64,000 bases of DNA from Thalia democratica (Eukaryota), in contig OZ241832.1 of assembly GCA_965202585.1 (NCBI GenBank), forward strand, positions 10,106,001 through 10,170,000. Reading direction: 5' to 3'. Under the pieces are notes generated by a model that saw only the letters and a program-made list of their open reading frames with translations, made no database searches and had not been told where the DNA came from. Positions within the stretch are counted from its first letter, which is position 1. Every line of letters starts with the position of its first letter. Positions 51,484-62,994 of this stretch are shown here, in pieces. Position numbers and translations under genes: made by a program.

Positions 51484-52279
51484 AGCAATTAACATGTATT
51501 TAACTTGTTTAAGTTAGTAATTGCTAATTTCCTGGACAAGAAGTTGAAAGGTATTTATGTGGTGGACGAATTAGTAACTAAAACGTATTTCCGTCAAAAA
51601 TATTCTAGGACCAAATTAATAAGAGCGCTTTTTTATTCGTTCAAAATAAAAATCTTCTGAAATTATGACATTTATTGTATAAAAAAAGCTTGTTATAATC
51701 AAATTCTATTTATATGTAAAGTGTTGTGTTTTTTAATTTTTGCGTTAACAATTGAGACATGTCAAGATTTTGTAAAAGGAATTCTACTAGGAACAATAAC
51801 TGTCTTTTAAATAGTTTTTTACAAAAAATTGTTAAATTTAGGGAGCATCGAACTTTTAATACCAATGTTTAAAACAAATGAATTGTTGAACCTACGACTA
51901 GTTTTGTTTTTTTTTGTCAGGTAAAATCAGTTTCATCTTTATAATAGAGTTATAAGTTAAGGAATTTTTTCTTTTTTTACTATAACTAGTTGTTTTTTAT
52001 ACAAAAATTAAAAATACGTATTAGTCAATCATATATGACAGTTTTTTGTTTAGCTAGTTTAAACATTAATACGTTTTATGTAAAAATGTTTAAAATTCAA
52101 CGAATTTTTTTGGCTTTTTTTCAAAAACACAGTTTTTTTTGTCTTAACTGTCAAAGTCAAGGTTGTTTAAGGTTTCTAGGCAACCCTGAAATACGATGTG
52201 CAATATAAAAACAAAATCACAACGCAAAATGTGCTACTGTCAACAATTTTTCACAACAAATAATTATTTCAAGTGTTTT

Positions 52280-52398
52280 ACAGTTGATAGTAAACTGTAT
52301 AAACTTCTGTTTCTAAATTTAGTTAATAAAACTAATATAAGCGATAAATTTATTCAAAAATTTTTAAGCAACATGTTCCGGTTTTATAAAACGACGTG
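52280..52398 (-). repeat. Cassette copy with compensatory palindrome
   Basis: ACAGTT-GATAGTA-AACTGT ... ACATGTTCCGGTTTTATAAAACGACGTG; spacing 100. Confidence 0.78.
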
Positions 52399-53676
52399 AA
52401 CGACTGAGAGATTTTGTTTGTGTCAGTGACAGCTCTTGAGAAAAGCTAACTTTTCCTTTCAATCAAACTTTTAACAACCAGTTATATTACACAAAGATAG
52501 ACACAATTATTAATGACCATTCAGATTCAGAGCATAAAACTGAACAAGAGCTACACAACTTGTTGCAAAAAAAAGAAAATACAAGCAGCCCTCAAGAAAA
52601 AAGTACAGCAGACTGAGTTAGAAATGTTAAGTAACTCAAGTTATTAAATTCCAATTCAGCAAAATTTTCCAGGATATGTTGGAGAAACATCTAATTATAA
52701 AATAGATTGAAAAATAAATAAAATACCCAGGTGTACATCAGATATTTTAAACAATAAAAACTCCACATACCCAGAGATGGTAATAGAGGTTTCATTACAT
52801 GTTCTGTTTTATAATGTGACATAAGCAGTTGAGAATCTTTATTTAAATCATAAAATGCTGGTTGAAATTTTTATTTATGTTATAAATTACATTCAAAATA
52901 ATTTTATTTATGTAAGAGTATAATACTTGTAAATAGATTTATATTGCTATAACCTTTAAACAAACGACTAAGTAATTTTACTATAGTAATTATTTTACAA
53001 ACTTTTAAAAAACTATTTTTAATGAGTTTATAAATATTAAACGTTGGTTGTTAAACTTTATCGATTTAAAATCTCGTTGTACTGTACATATTATTCTATC
53101 AAGCATAATGACAAGTTTAGTATGTTATCTTAAGTATAAATTTTTATAAACAATATTAAATATAGTTTTCAAACATATTTTATTGATTGTTTGTTCATTT
53201 GTATAAAATATAACACAATTTTGTATAAAATGCTTTATATCAAACATGTTTATTTTTAACAATTTTGTCAACATTAATGCAAATAAGTTCTATCTCTAGT
53301 ATTTCCTGTGTTAAAAAAAATTCTATTTCATTCTTTAGTAATCTAACGCTTTATAAACTAATATATCTTTTTCAGTCAATAAAATAGATTATTTGCAATT
53401 TTCCAAGTAAGAAGAGTGTTTTAAACATTTTAACCTCATTAAGATCTGAAATAACTTATTAAGTTTACAATTACAATTTACAATTAGTTTTTTTTAGGAA
53501 ATAAATCTTGTGGTACAATAAACTGGAATTAACAACTTATTGTGTGTTTTCATTGCAAGCTTGGTATATTATTTGTAAATAGTTTGTAAATGTAACAGTC
53601 GTTCAACGCTTGAGTTGGAACTATTGAAATACAGAAATAAATTTATCAGACTATTGTATATTTATATGAACAAATT

Positions 53677-53792
53677 ACAGCTACTAAAAAGCTGTTTAAA
53701 ACTTTTTTAAAATGAAACAAGGCTATTTGTCTAGCTAAGTCGATATGTTTTAATTATGTTGAAGCTATGTTGTGGTTTTAAAATGTGAAGAT
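53677..53792 (-). repeat. Cassette copy
   Basis: ACAGCTACTAAAAAGCTGT ... TGTTGAAGCTATGTTGTGGTTTTAAAATGTGA; spacing 97. Confidence 0.87.
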
Positions 53793-54668
53793 AGTAATTT
53801 AGAGAAATATAAACTATACAATTACTTGCTGCCGAGAAAGTTTATTTTTTAGTTTATCATTTATTATAATTATAAATAATAAAGTTTTCAAATTTTCTTA
53901 TAGGATGCTGATTAAACAAAAGGATTTAAAGTAATTAGTCAAAATTTCAACTTAGATATCGTAGTTAAAAAGACGGTTTTATCTATTTAAATTATAGTTG
54001 CAATCAAACACTTATTTTCTAAAACCATTGCATGTAGTTATTGTTTATTTGAGTATAAATTTAGGTAAGTATTCTACTAATTCATTCACAGAGTTTAAAT
54101 CGTTTACTTTACTAATTTAAATATTTTATTTTTTAAAGCAGACATTATATATTAAATCAACCAAATTAAATAATAAAATGGTATATAAGCAACTAATATT
54201 AATAATTAGTACAATAGTAACGAAGATCAAAATAATTTTTTAATAATTAAGTATTACATGATTGGAAATGTCCGTATTGAAAAATCGATATACTTAATAA
54301 AAGTTTTATGTAAGTAGAATATACATCAAATATATTTAAATAAAAAAGAACTAATAATAAAGTTAGATATCCAAAGAAGCTAATGTTTGTAATAAGTTTT
54401 TGTTAGCAAAGCTTGATTGTTAACATTTCACAGACTTTTAGGCTGGTTAACATGTTTAATCAATATTTTTGTTTTTAAAATTTATTATCTTTATAAAACC
54501 AGCAATTAAAATTTCGGAACAAATTTGCATAAACTATAATAGTGTATTAGAATGCGAAGACTCTTGTTAAATGTATTAATCATTGCAAAATTTGTAACTG
54601 TTATAAGTTCTGGGATATTTTATAAATGCACATGTATAACAGACAACAATATATTATTTGATTAAACT

Positions 54669-54781
54669 ACAGCTTAAATTGAGCTATTTTAAATTACCAA
54701 CCATATTGTAAGTATTTACATCAAAATCGGTTAATATATATCACGTCGAATCAACTTGTTGTGATTTTATGATATGACGTA
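54669..54781 (-). repeat. Cassette copy
   Basis: ACAGCT-N7-AGCTAT ... TTGTTGTGATTTTATGATATGACGTAGGC; spacing 94. Confidence 0.85.
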
Positions 54782-56809
54782 GGCAACTGAAATATTTCAA
54801 AGTTAAAATGATCAATAATATGTAGATAAAAAACTTGTAATCTTTTTAGTTTTACTAACAATTAGTTATTATAAATAAACTTTAATAGGCTACAGACTCT
54901 CACATGTACTTGTACCTACAAATACTTTTTTAATAAATTTAAAAATGATTTTTTTATATTCCAAACAATATATATACTAAGCTTTGTTATTGTAAACAAT
55001 ATTTTATTGATATATTTAGATTGTTTTATATTTTGTAAAATACATAGCAAAAGTGTTATTTTAAATGTTAAAAATCTAACATTGATACTACTTTATATAA
55101 AATGCTTACCATCCAACTAGTTCTTATCAGCAATTCTTATCAACAAATCTAATAATTTCTAATCTAACAAGCTCATTTTACTAAACAAATTATAAACAAT
55201 ATAAGCATTTTTTTTTAAATTAGATTTTTATCAAAACTTGTCACTTTCTGGCATTATCACATGTTCTTGTTATTAAACAAACTGAGTATACAACTTTCTA
55301 AATTTTAAAAAACCTAAGTTCAATTTTCTAAACATTAACAGTTTAAGTATAAGTGTTAATTAATTTTAATTTTCGTGTTCTTATAACTATATACACGACT
55401 AATTATTTGCAACAGATTTCGTTGATAATAAACTTTAATTTACTTACTAAAATAGAACAACTTAACCAACAACATTTTTTTAAAAATACATTAAGCTTGT
55501 TTTTCAAAACATCTAGCTTAGCTCAAACTTAAAACAAAACAGAAATATTTTAAACCATAATTTGTTGTGTGAAACAAGAGCTGTAAAAAATTTATACAAA
55601 TAGTAAATTATTGTTTTAAAAAATTCAGTTTTATAAATTACATATTATTTTTTTCTATCTTGCACAGTTATACGAAGTTGTAAACTAATATGTTTATGGA
55701 GATTTATTTATTAAGTTTTTAACAAAAACATTTTAATTTTGAGCAACAAAACTTAATTTGGAAATAAAGCACTCCTTAAATCAAAAGAATCTGTTAAATT
55801 TAAATAATTAACTTTCAGCTAAATTACTATGACTTCTATCACAAAAATACTTTCTATAAATCTTTGTTTCCAAAATGTATCCTTTTTTTATATTGTCAGC
55901 TTTAACAAGACTATTTTAAATTATCCACTATTAAAATTACATTTTTTACAGGCATATTTTAAAAAGCTACCTTAAAATTTTTAAAATTGCTGGTTGCAAC
56001 TAATTTTTGTAATTTTACGACGTGACGTAGTCATATAAGAAATATTGATTTTATTAGTTAAAATAATTACGTTTATTATTTAACTAGTTATAATCAGCTG
56101 CAGTAAATATATTTCTAAATTAAAAATTAACCGAATCGGCACCGTTTTAAAATTTATTAGAATTGTTTATGTTGTTGTTCAATGTCTTAATTATTGTAGG
56201 TTAAACTACACGTTTTGATTTTTACAAATGACGTAAGCATTTGAGATAAAATTTAATTACGTCAGTAATTCAGGTTTGCAAAAAGTTTAAAAAAGTTGTG
56301 TTTTTCTGAACTTCTTCCAGGATTATGAACGTACAATTTTTCAGATTATTTTTATTATATATCACATTCAAAGACAAAAATTGATATAAGGTTTCGTTTT
56401 TTTTATAAATTTAGTTGATCACAAAACGTAAAAAACACATGGACAACTTTGAAACTATATTTAATCCTATAAAACAAGGTTGTTATTTTTATATTAAAAT
56501 AATACATTACCATTTGGAAGTTTTCACTTTTATAAAAACCTTTTTTTTTTGTTTTTTCTATTAAGCACGATTATACTAAAAAAGGTTTGTAAATAAGTAC
56601 ATATTATTTAAAGTACATCAAATTTTTTTGAGTATTTTAGCTTTGTGCTACTAAACCTAGTTTTTAGAATATGGCATACATTTAAATCAAATTGTTAACT
56701 TACAACTCGATTTCAATATGGTTTGACTTTATTTATTAAAGTGTATATATTTAACATGAATATACTATGAGCAACATGTATCCAACTGGTAATATTTTAA
56801 AAAAGAAGT

Positions 56810-56925
56810 AAAGCTTTATTTAAGCTGTTTAAACTAATAAATATTGATCTTATGTTATGATCTAATAAAATAATTCGATATTTAAATTGCTGATTGAAGC
56901 TGTTGTGAGGTCACGATGTTACTTA
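56810..56925 (-). repeat. Cassette copy (degenerate)
   Basis: AAAGCT-N7-AGCTGT ... TTGAAGCTGTTGTG..GATGTTACTTA; spacing 97. Confidence 0.62.
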
Positions 56926-57409
56926 ATTAATTAAGAAATACCGATTAGTTTTTATTAAAGTTAACAAATTAATCGTCACTATTAAAATTTATTGTTATAC
57001 TCACTTAAAAACAACAAATCTATTTACTACAATGTTTTTAAGTATATACTACAAAAATAATTTTAAACTATTACTTAAGATAATACTTTGGTTTGTAAGT
57101 TTTTAATGTTTTTATTTTTATTATTAATTTAGCTGTTATCAATTTTATTACTTTTGTTATGTATACTATGTAGTTATTATTTGATTATTATTCCTAATAT
57201 GAGTATCATTATTTTTAATTATTTGACTTATTGTTAACTTCATTATATTTTTCGTCTTTTTCCTTTTTTATTTTTATTAGTACTGTTGTTATTGATTTTA
57301 ATTTTTTACTAATGAAAGTAAAAGCACATGTATAAACAAAGGTTTTAATGGCTTTGCACTTCAAGGCTGCTTTCTGAGGCATTCAGCTAACATTAATTTT
57401 AATTAAATT

Positions 57410-57527
57410 ACAGCCACTAGAAAGCTGTTTGAAATTAGAGAAATAAACAGCACTTCTATTTAAATATTACACTCGGTTTATAAACAAAAATTCAAAACTA
57501 TATTTTTTGAGTTTTTAAATTGACGTA
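57410..57527 (-). repeat. Cassette copy
   Basis: ACAGCCACTAGAAAGCTGT ... ACACTCGGTTTATAAAC ... TGACGTAGG; spacing 99. Confidence 0.9.
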
Positions 57528-57676
57528 GGTTATTGAGAGATATCAAGTTAATATATAACTTTAAACTTAAAATATTAACTTATTGTGTGTTATTTCTGTT
57601 TATTTAAAATCATATAATCAACTACCAGTTGAATCTGCATACATCAGCAGAATTGACGTAGATATAAATAAATATT

Positions 57677-57786
57677 ACAGTTACTAGACAGCAATTTGAA
57701 ATGTCGTCCATATAGAAGAATTGGTTTGAGTAAATTTGACTTGCTTTGTATGCAAAACGTTTATGATATATTTTTATTTTCAGTTA
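57677..57786 (-). repeat. Cassette copy (degenerate)
   Basis: Inverted paralogue of the 29178 copy, same 91-bp spacing. Confidence 0.62.
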
Positions 57787-58023
57787 ATCTTTATAGACGT
57801 AGAAAAATCACACCTATTGTAAAACTGAAGAAATAAGTTACACTTACTGCAAAGCTGTTCTATATACAAATAAACAAAGTTATATAAACGTTTTAATAAT
57901 TACACTTGGTTTATGAGCTATACATTAAAAGTGGAAGCTGGGATTCTACTATGAGATGTAAAAACATTAAGACATTCTATTTCAATCAGTTAATATTTTA
58001 ACATAACATCTATTATATATACA

Positions 58024-58141
58024 ACAGCTTATAAAAAGCCGCTTGGACCCTTTAAAATTTCCTAGAAACCTAGATATAAATCACACTCGATTTCAATACT
58101 ACACATTATAGCTGTATACTTTGTTTTTAGAATGTGACGTA
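58024..58141 (-). repeat. Cassette copy
   Basis: ACAGCT-N7-AGCCGC ... ACACTCGA ... AATGTGACGTAAGCAATTGAG; spacing 99. Confidence 0.85.
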
Positions 58142-58836
58142 AGCAATTGAGAACTTTAATATACCTGCTATTTATAGTGCGATATTCTATCTCTAGGCTT
58201 AGTTTTCCTTTTAAAATATTTTATCATTTGAATTTTATTCAGATGTATACTTGTTTTCAAAAATATTTTTTTTAAAGTTTTTGATTAAGATCAAAGTATA
58301 GATTGAATGTAAAAGCTACTAAAAACTTATTTCTAGTTTATTACTAGTTTCTAATTTATTAATTTATTTAGATATTTTCAGGTTTGAATAAATATCCGTA
58401 TAAGTACATTACGTATAAGAATGTTTTCTAATATATCAAATGACACATAACTAAACATTTACAACTAAAATATATAAAGATTTATAAAACTAATAAAAAT
58501 TTAGCTATGTCACTTAGTTACTAAAAATTAACTAGATACGTTTTTATAAGTTATAACTTTTAACAAATACCCTTCGTAGAGCTTGGTCGCTCAGAAATCG
58601 TAATTTTTTATGGTAGATGACAAGTATATTCAAAAATTATATTTAAAGTGTTTCATATATTGTTAAACGAGCAGTAGTTATAATTTTCAATAAAGTTCAT
58701 TAACCAAATTAGCAGAAATTTAAATATCTTAAAAATCAATGGAATTGTTAATCATTGTGTTGGCTATCGTGGGCTGAATTCATACTTCTTTATAGAACGC
58801 TGCATCAATAATCGGTTAGCATTACTTAAGCAGACT

Positions 58837-58955
58837 GGAGCTACTAAAAAGCTGATAAAAATAACAACTTAAACAAAATCAAAATGTTATTACATTTCAC
58901 ACTTATCTATATTCGTTACATCGAAGCTATATGCGGTGTTTTATAATGTGACGTA
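58837..58955 (-). repeat. Cassette copy
   Basis: GGAGCTACTAAAAAGCTGA ... GAAGCTATATG..TTTTATAATGTGACGTAAGC; spacing 100. Confidence 0.9.
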
Positions 58956-59710
58956 AGCCCCGAGAGAAAACTTTTAGATAAGAAAGTTTCTTTTGTCATT
59001 TTACCATTATAAAGTATATAAAAAATATTTTTAAGCAATTGACAACTTTAGTGTAGCTGTTATTTATAAATATCATGTATCTTTTGTTGGTTTTCCTTTA
59101 AACTTTCTATACAATTTCAATAGGCTACAGACGTATACTTGTGTTTATAAAGTTTTTTTTTTGATAATTCTGAGTAACAAAATTAAAAATTCAATTTGAA
59201 AGTTGCTTTATAATTTTTTTATTCTAATATATTTATACATCAAGGAAATTTTAATGGTTTTTTTTTGGGTTTACTATAACGTTAAAGTACACTATTCAAT
59301 ATATTAATTGGCACATAATTGAGTATGTACACGTTTAAAACCTATGAAAAAATATTCTGTCAGTATAGTTGACAACTACTTTTTGAGAAGTGATATATTC
59401 ATCAGAAATTTAGCTGTTTGGCAAAGTAACTAAAAATATACTAAAAATTTTTAGAAGCTGTTGTTCTTAGCACATGTCTGTAAGTTCAGTTTGTTTACTC
59501 AGAGAGCTTATATAAGATTTTTGTTAATAAATTATATATACAAACTAACAAGAATATAATATTTAAAGTTATTGATCAAATTGCAACAATTTCTAAATTT
59601 GTTATAAATGATGAGAATGTTGTTCAATGTGTTAAATCTTATGAGCTGAATTCGTACTTCTGAAAAAAGGTTGCAACAATTCATCATTTAACATACTACT
59701 TCAGCAGGTT

Positions 59711-59828
59711 ACAGCTACTAGAAAGTTTTTAAAAATTTGAACTGAAACGCACACTGTAATCTGCAAGTAAATCACACAATATTTTATATACATAGAAGCT
59801 ATATGTTATGATTTTATAATTTGACGTA
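59711..59828 (-). repeat. Cassette copy
   Basis: ACAGCTACTAGAAAGTT ... GAAGCTATATGTTATGATTTTATAATTTGACGTA; spacing 99. Confidence 0.9.
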
Positions 59829-60063
59829 TGCCTCTAAGAGAAGCTTTTCCGACGATTGAATCCCTTTTGTTAGTTTATTGTTATAACATATTCATTGCTT
59901 GGAAAGAAATAAAACTTGTGAAATCAATGTTAAAGTGTAGTTATTTATAAGTATTTTGTAATGTTAATACAAGTTATAGTTCGTACTGAATATTTTTCTA
60001 TCAACTTCTGTATATAATTTTGCTTCAAAACAGCAGTTAGAATTAGTCTTACATGAATAATTG

Positions 60064-60178
60064 ACAACTACTAATAAACTGTTTAAAAAATAAAGTAAAA
60101 CCCAAGTTTAAGTAAGATTCACGCATATTAAATATATAACATACTAAACTATATGTTGTGGTTTTATAAAGTCACGTA
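60064..60178 (-). repeat. Cassette copy
   Basis: ACAACT-N7-AACTGT ... ATATGTTGTGGTTTTATAAAGTCACGTAGGC; spacing 96. Confidence 0.82.
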
Positions 60179-61225
60179 GGCATTTAAAAGAAAATATAAA
60201 CACATCAGCAGCTGCTGAATTAAAATAAATTTTGAAATTTTAAGATTAAAATGTATTTATAATTTTGGTATTGATATTGTATTCAAGCCTGTATGGGACG
60301 GTGGTGGTTAGCAAGTTAATTTAAACTAAATTAAACTAGCATATTTTTGTTAGGAAAAGACAGTTTTATGTTTTTTAATACAAATAATTCAATAAAAGGG
60401 AATTTCATTAATGATTGCGGTTATTTAAAATCAAATAAATAAAGTAATAATTATAATTAATAAAACCAATTCCTTTAATTTTCAAAAATATTTTCTTAAA
60501 AGCAATGATGAAAACCATTTTCAAAACCGAATTTGAGTTAAAGAAATGCAAAAACAAGAAATATTAATAACTGCTATATAAGTTAAGAATATCAATTATA
60601 AATAAATTATTTACCACGTGATTAAATATACCTATAGTAAACACCAAAGATTTTAATAAAAGTCATGAAAAATAAACATATATCAAAACTTAGTTTTTAG
60701 AAAAAATAACTAACATTAACTGTTTAAGAATTTACAAGAAGTAATTTCTCTTGATAACTGTAAAAAAAATCATTTTAGATTTTACTAACTGTTTTCGAAA
60801 ATAGACAGTTTTAATCAACTCTTGTATTTGTGACCTTCGAGTTATGACCAAAATAGTAGTAGTTTCATTTTTGAATCATATTATTGAATTTTTAAGAAGA
60901 ATTGGTGCCAAAGTTAAACTTTTATAAACTGAAAATGTTTTTGCGTGTATTAATTAATACTAATCACTTTATTGCATTTTTCGAGAAGAACATTTTCACG
61001 ATAAGTCACTGTTGCACGGCGTCAGCCTACGACAAATTTTAATTTTGTTAGCAATTTTGAGGGAAATTTTAAAGAAAATAAGTAGAACTGCGTAAATTTA
61101 CAGTAAGCTATTTTAAACTATTGAAAACTTTCGTCCCAAGAAATGATTAAATACTCAGTTCAAGAGTATTACAAGTAACTACATTTATCTCTATGTGAGT
61201 TACAGGTTAGTAAGTTAGTAATTTT

Positions 61226-61344
61226 GCAGCTACTAGTAAGCTGTTTCAAACCATGTAAGAAATACTACACCAAACTAAAAATTTAATACTTTGTTTATAA
61301 ACAATTGACCGAACTTACATGTGGTGATTTTGTAGTATAACGTA
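61226..61344 (-). repeat. Cassette copy
   Basis: GCAGCTACTAGTAAGCTGTTTCA ... TACATGTGGTGATTTTGTAGTATAACGTAAG; spacing 100. Confidence 0.87.
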
Positions 61345-62058
61345 AGTTTTTGAGAGATTCGTTGGAAATATTGATTATTTTCAAGTTTAAGCCAAAACAA
61401 TTATCATCTAATTAAAATGTTGTTATATCTTAAGTAGTTATTAAGCATTGAAAGCTATGTTGTATATTTTTATAGTTGTAAACTAAAATAAAACTTAATA
61501 ATTTTTTTAATCTAGTAAAAATTTTATGACAAATCAATTTCAATATCATTTGAATATAAAAATTAGAAATGTTATTTTAAATATTGAACAATTTAAAAAA
61601 ACGTTCTAGTCTAATATTTAAATATATGAATCATTAACGTATAACATGAAAATTAACACAAATATACTAAATTACAAAGTAAAAACAAATTTTGATTTTG
61701 TAGTTGAATAAAGTAATATTTAAAAATAAGCATAACACTTCAATTTATATACTATTTGTTGTAGCTACATGTTGTGGTTTTCTAATATTAGATCAACAAA
61801 TGAGAGATAATTTTACACAAATGTAACTAATTGCAAATTAAATGTATCATTTAGTAAAATTCTTATAATTTAACTTTTACAAAAAACTATACAATTATAT
61901 AAAGTCATAACAAAACTGGCAATTAAAAAAGTTATTAGAATCAAGGAGGTTATTGTTTTTGATTAATTTATAATTAATTGCCGAATTAATACTACTAGTA
62001 TAGTAGTACTAAGCGTCAATGAAAATGGAAAATAAATTCGATATTGTTTTAGTTAATA

Positions 62059-62177
62059 ACAGCTGTTAAAAGCTTGTTTAAAATTACTAAACCAGCTTAG
62101 AGAAAATGTTTTATAATAAGACTTAATTTTTATACAAAATATTAAAACTACATATTACAGTCATGTATTGTCACCTC
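62059..62177 (-). repeat. Cassette copy (degenerate)
   Basis: ACAGCTGTTAAAAGCTTGT; inverted paralogue of the 21731 copy. Confidence 0.55.
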
Positions 62178-62471
62178 AGCTTATATATTATTCGTTGTAC
62201 CTACATGTTGTGTTACATCAACAAATGAAAGATAATTTTAGTACAAACGTAACTGCATATAAGATACATCATTTCAATGAGCTTACTAAAATTAAAAAAA
62301 AAAATAGCTTCAGATTAAGTTCAAACAAAACTGGCACAAATTAAAAAAATTGTTTGAATCGAGGAGATTGTTGTTTTCAGTTTGTATATTATTGTTTGCT
62401 GAATTCGTACTTCTAGAACAATATTAAGCGTCAATCAAAATGGAAAACAAACCGATTTGTTTTAGAAAATA

Positions 62472-62589
62472 ATAGCTGCTAAAAAGTTGTTTAGAATTGC
62501 TGAACTAGCTTGGAGAACAGATTTAAGTAATAAAACTTAATTTAATAAAAATATTCAAACTTCATATTATAGTTGTGTGTTGTTACGTT
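62472..62589 (-). repeat. Cassette copy
   Basis: ATAGCT-N7-AGTTGT ... TGTGTTGTTACGTT; spacing 99. Confidence 0.65.
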
Positions 62590-62862
62590 AGCAAGTGAGA
62601 GGTGTATATGTTATATTCACTAGTAACTGTGGTAAGATAAAACATATTTTTTGTTAGAGTTTCTGTAAAAAGGTTTTACAATTAGAAGTGGGCACAGAAG
62701 TATACTTGTGGATACAAATAATGTTTTAAAACATTTGCTTTAAAATAAATCGGCCGAATTTTGAAATACTAATAAAGACAAAATACTTTTTTTAAGAAAA
62801 TTTTATAAATAACTTTAAAATAAATAAAAAATGAATTTTAAAATAAAATAAACTAGTTTATT

Positions 62863-62994
62863 ACAGCTACTAGAAAGCTACAGAAAACTAGAATTAACAG
62901 AAAAGGAGTACATTCTTTGAATCAAACTCGATCAAAACTTTGAAATTTAATATAACTTTTTGAAGTAACATGTTGTAATATTATATATGGTGTA
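62863..62994 (-). repeat. Cassette copy (12-nt insertion)
   Basis: ACAGCTACTAGAAAGCTAC ... GAAGTAACATGTTGTAA..TGGTGTAGGC; inverted paralogue of the 20923 copy; spacing 113. Confidence 0.82.

Larger units (their letters stand above)
671..62994. repeat. Dispersed array on both strands of ~54 complete + ~13 partial diverged ~120-bp bipartite cassettes (TTACGTCA/TATAAAA/TCACAACATGTAGCTTC/TATATAA ... ACAGCT-N7-AGCTGT); putative small-RNA mini-gene/promoter cluster
   Basis: The same ordered motif set recurs throughout on both strands with near-constant spacing. Partial copies near 16922, 30679, 31698, 42289, 44109, 49502 (+) and 15690, 48676, 52823, 56029, 56235, 61794 (-). Existence is seen in sequence; function is inference. 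Confidence 0.92.

Noticed and set aside
5448-52399. The 21 supplied 60-85-aa ORFs
   Set aside because: Short, F/L/I/K/Y-rich and typical of random AT-rich DNA, with no recognisable domains. Several simply overlap cassettes (17845, 46281), MITEs (24981, 42502) or the antisense strand of the PLE relic (38690).
61240-61250. Identity with the nematode Ruby motif CTGTTTCA
   Set aside because: GCTGTTT(A/C/G)AA is just the palindrome arm read on the other strand, and the sequence it would drive is conserved rather than variable. Treated as analogy only.
671-62994. CRISPR array
   Set aside because: Units are ~1 kb apart, on both strands and heavily diverged; the context is eukaryotic and has no cas genes.
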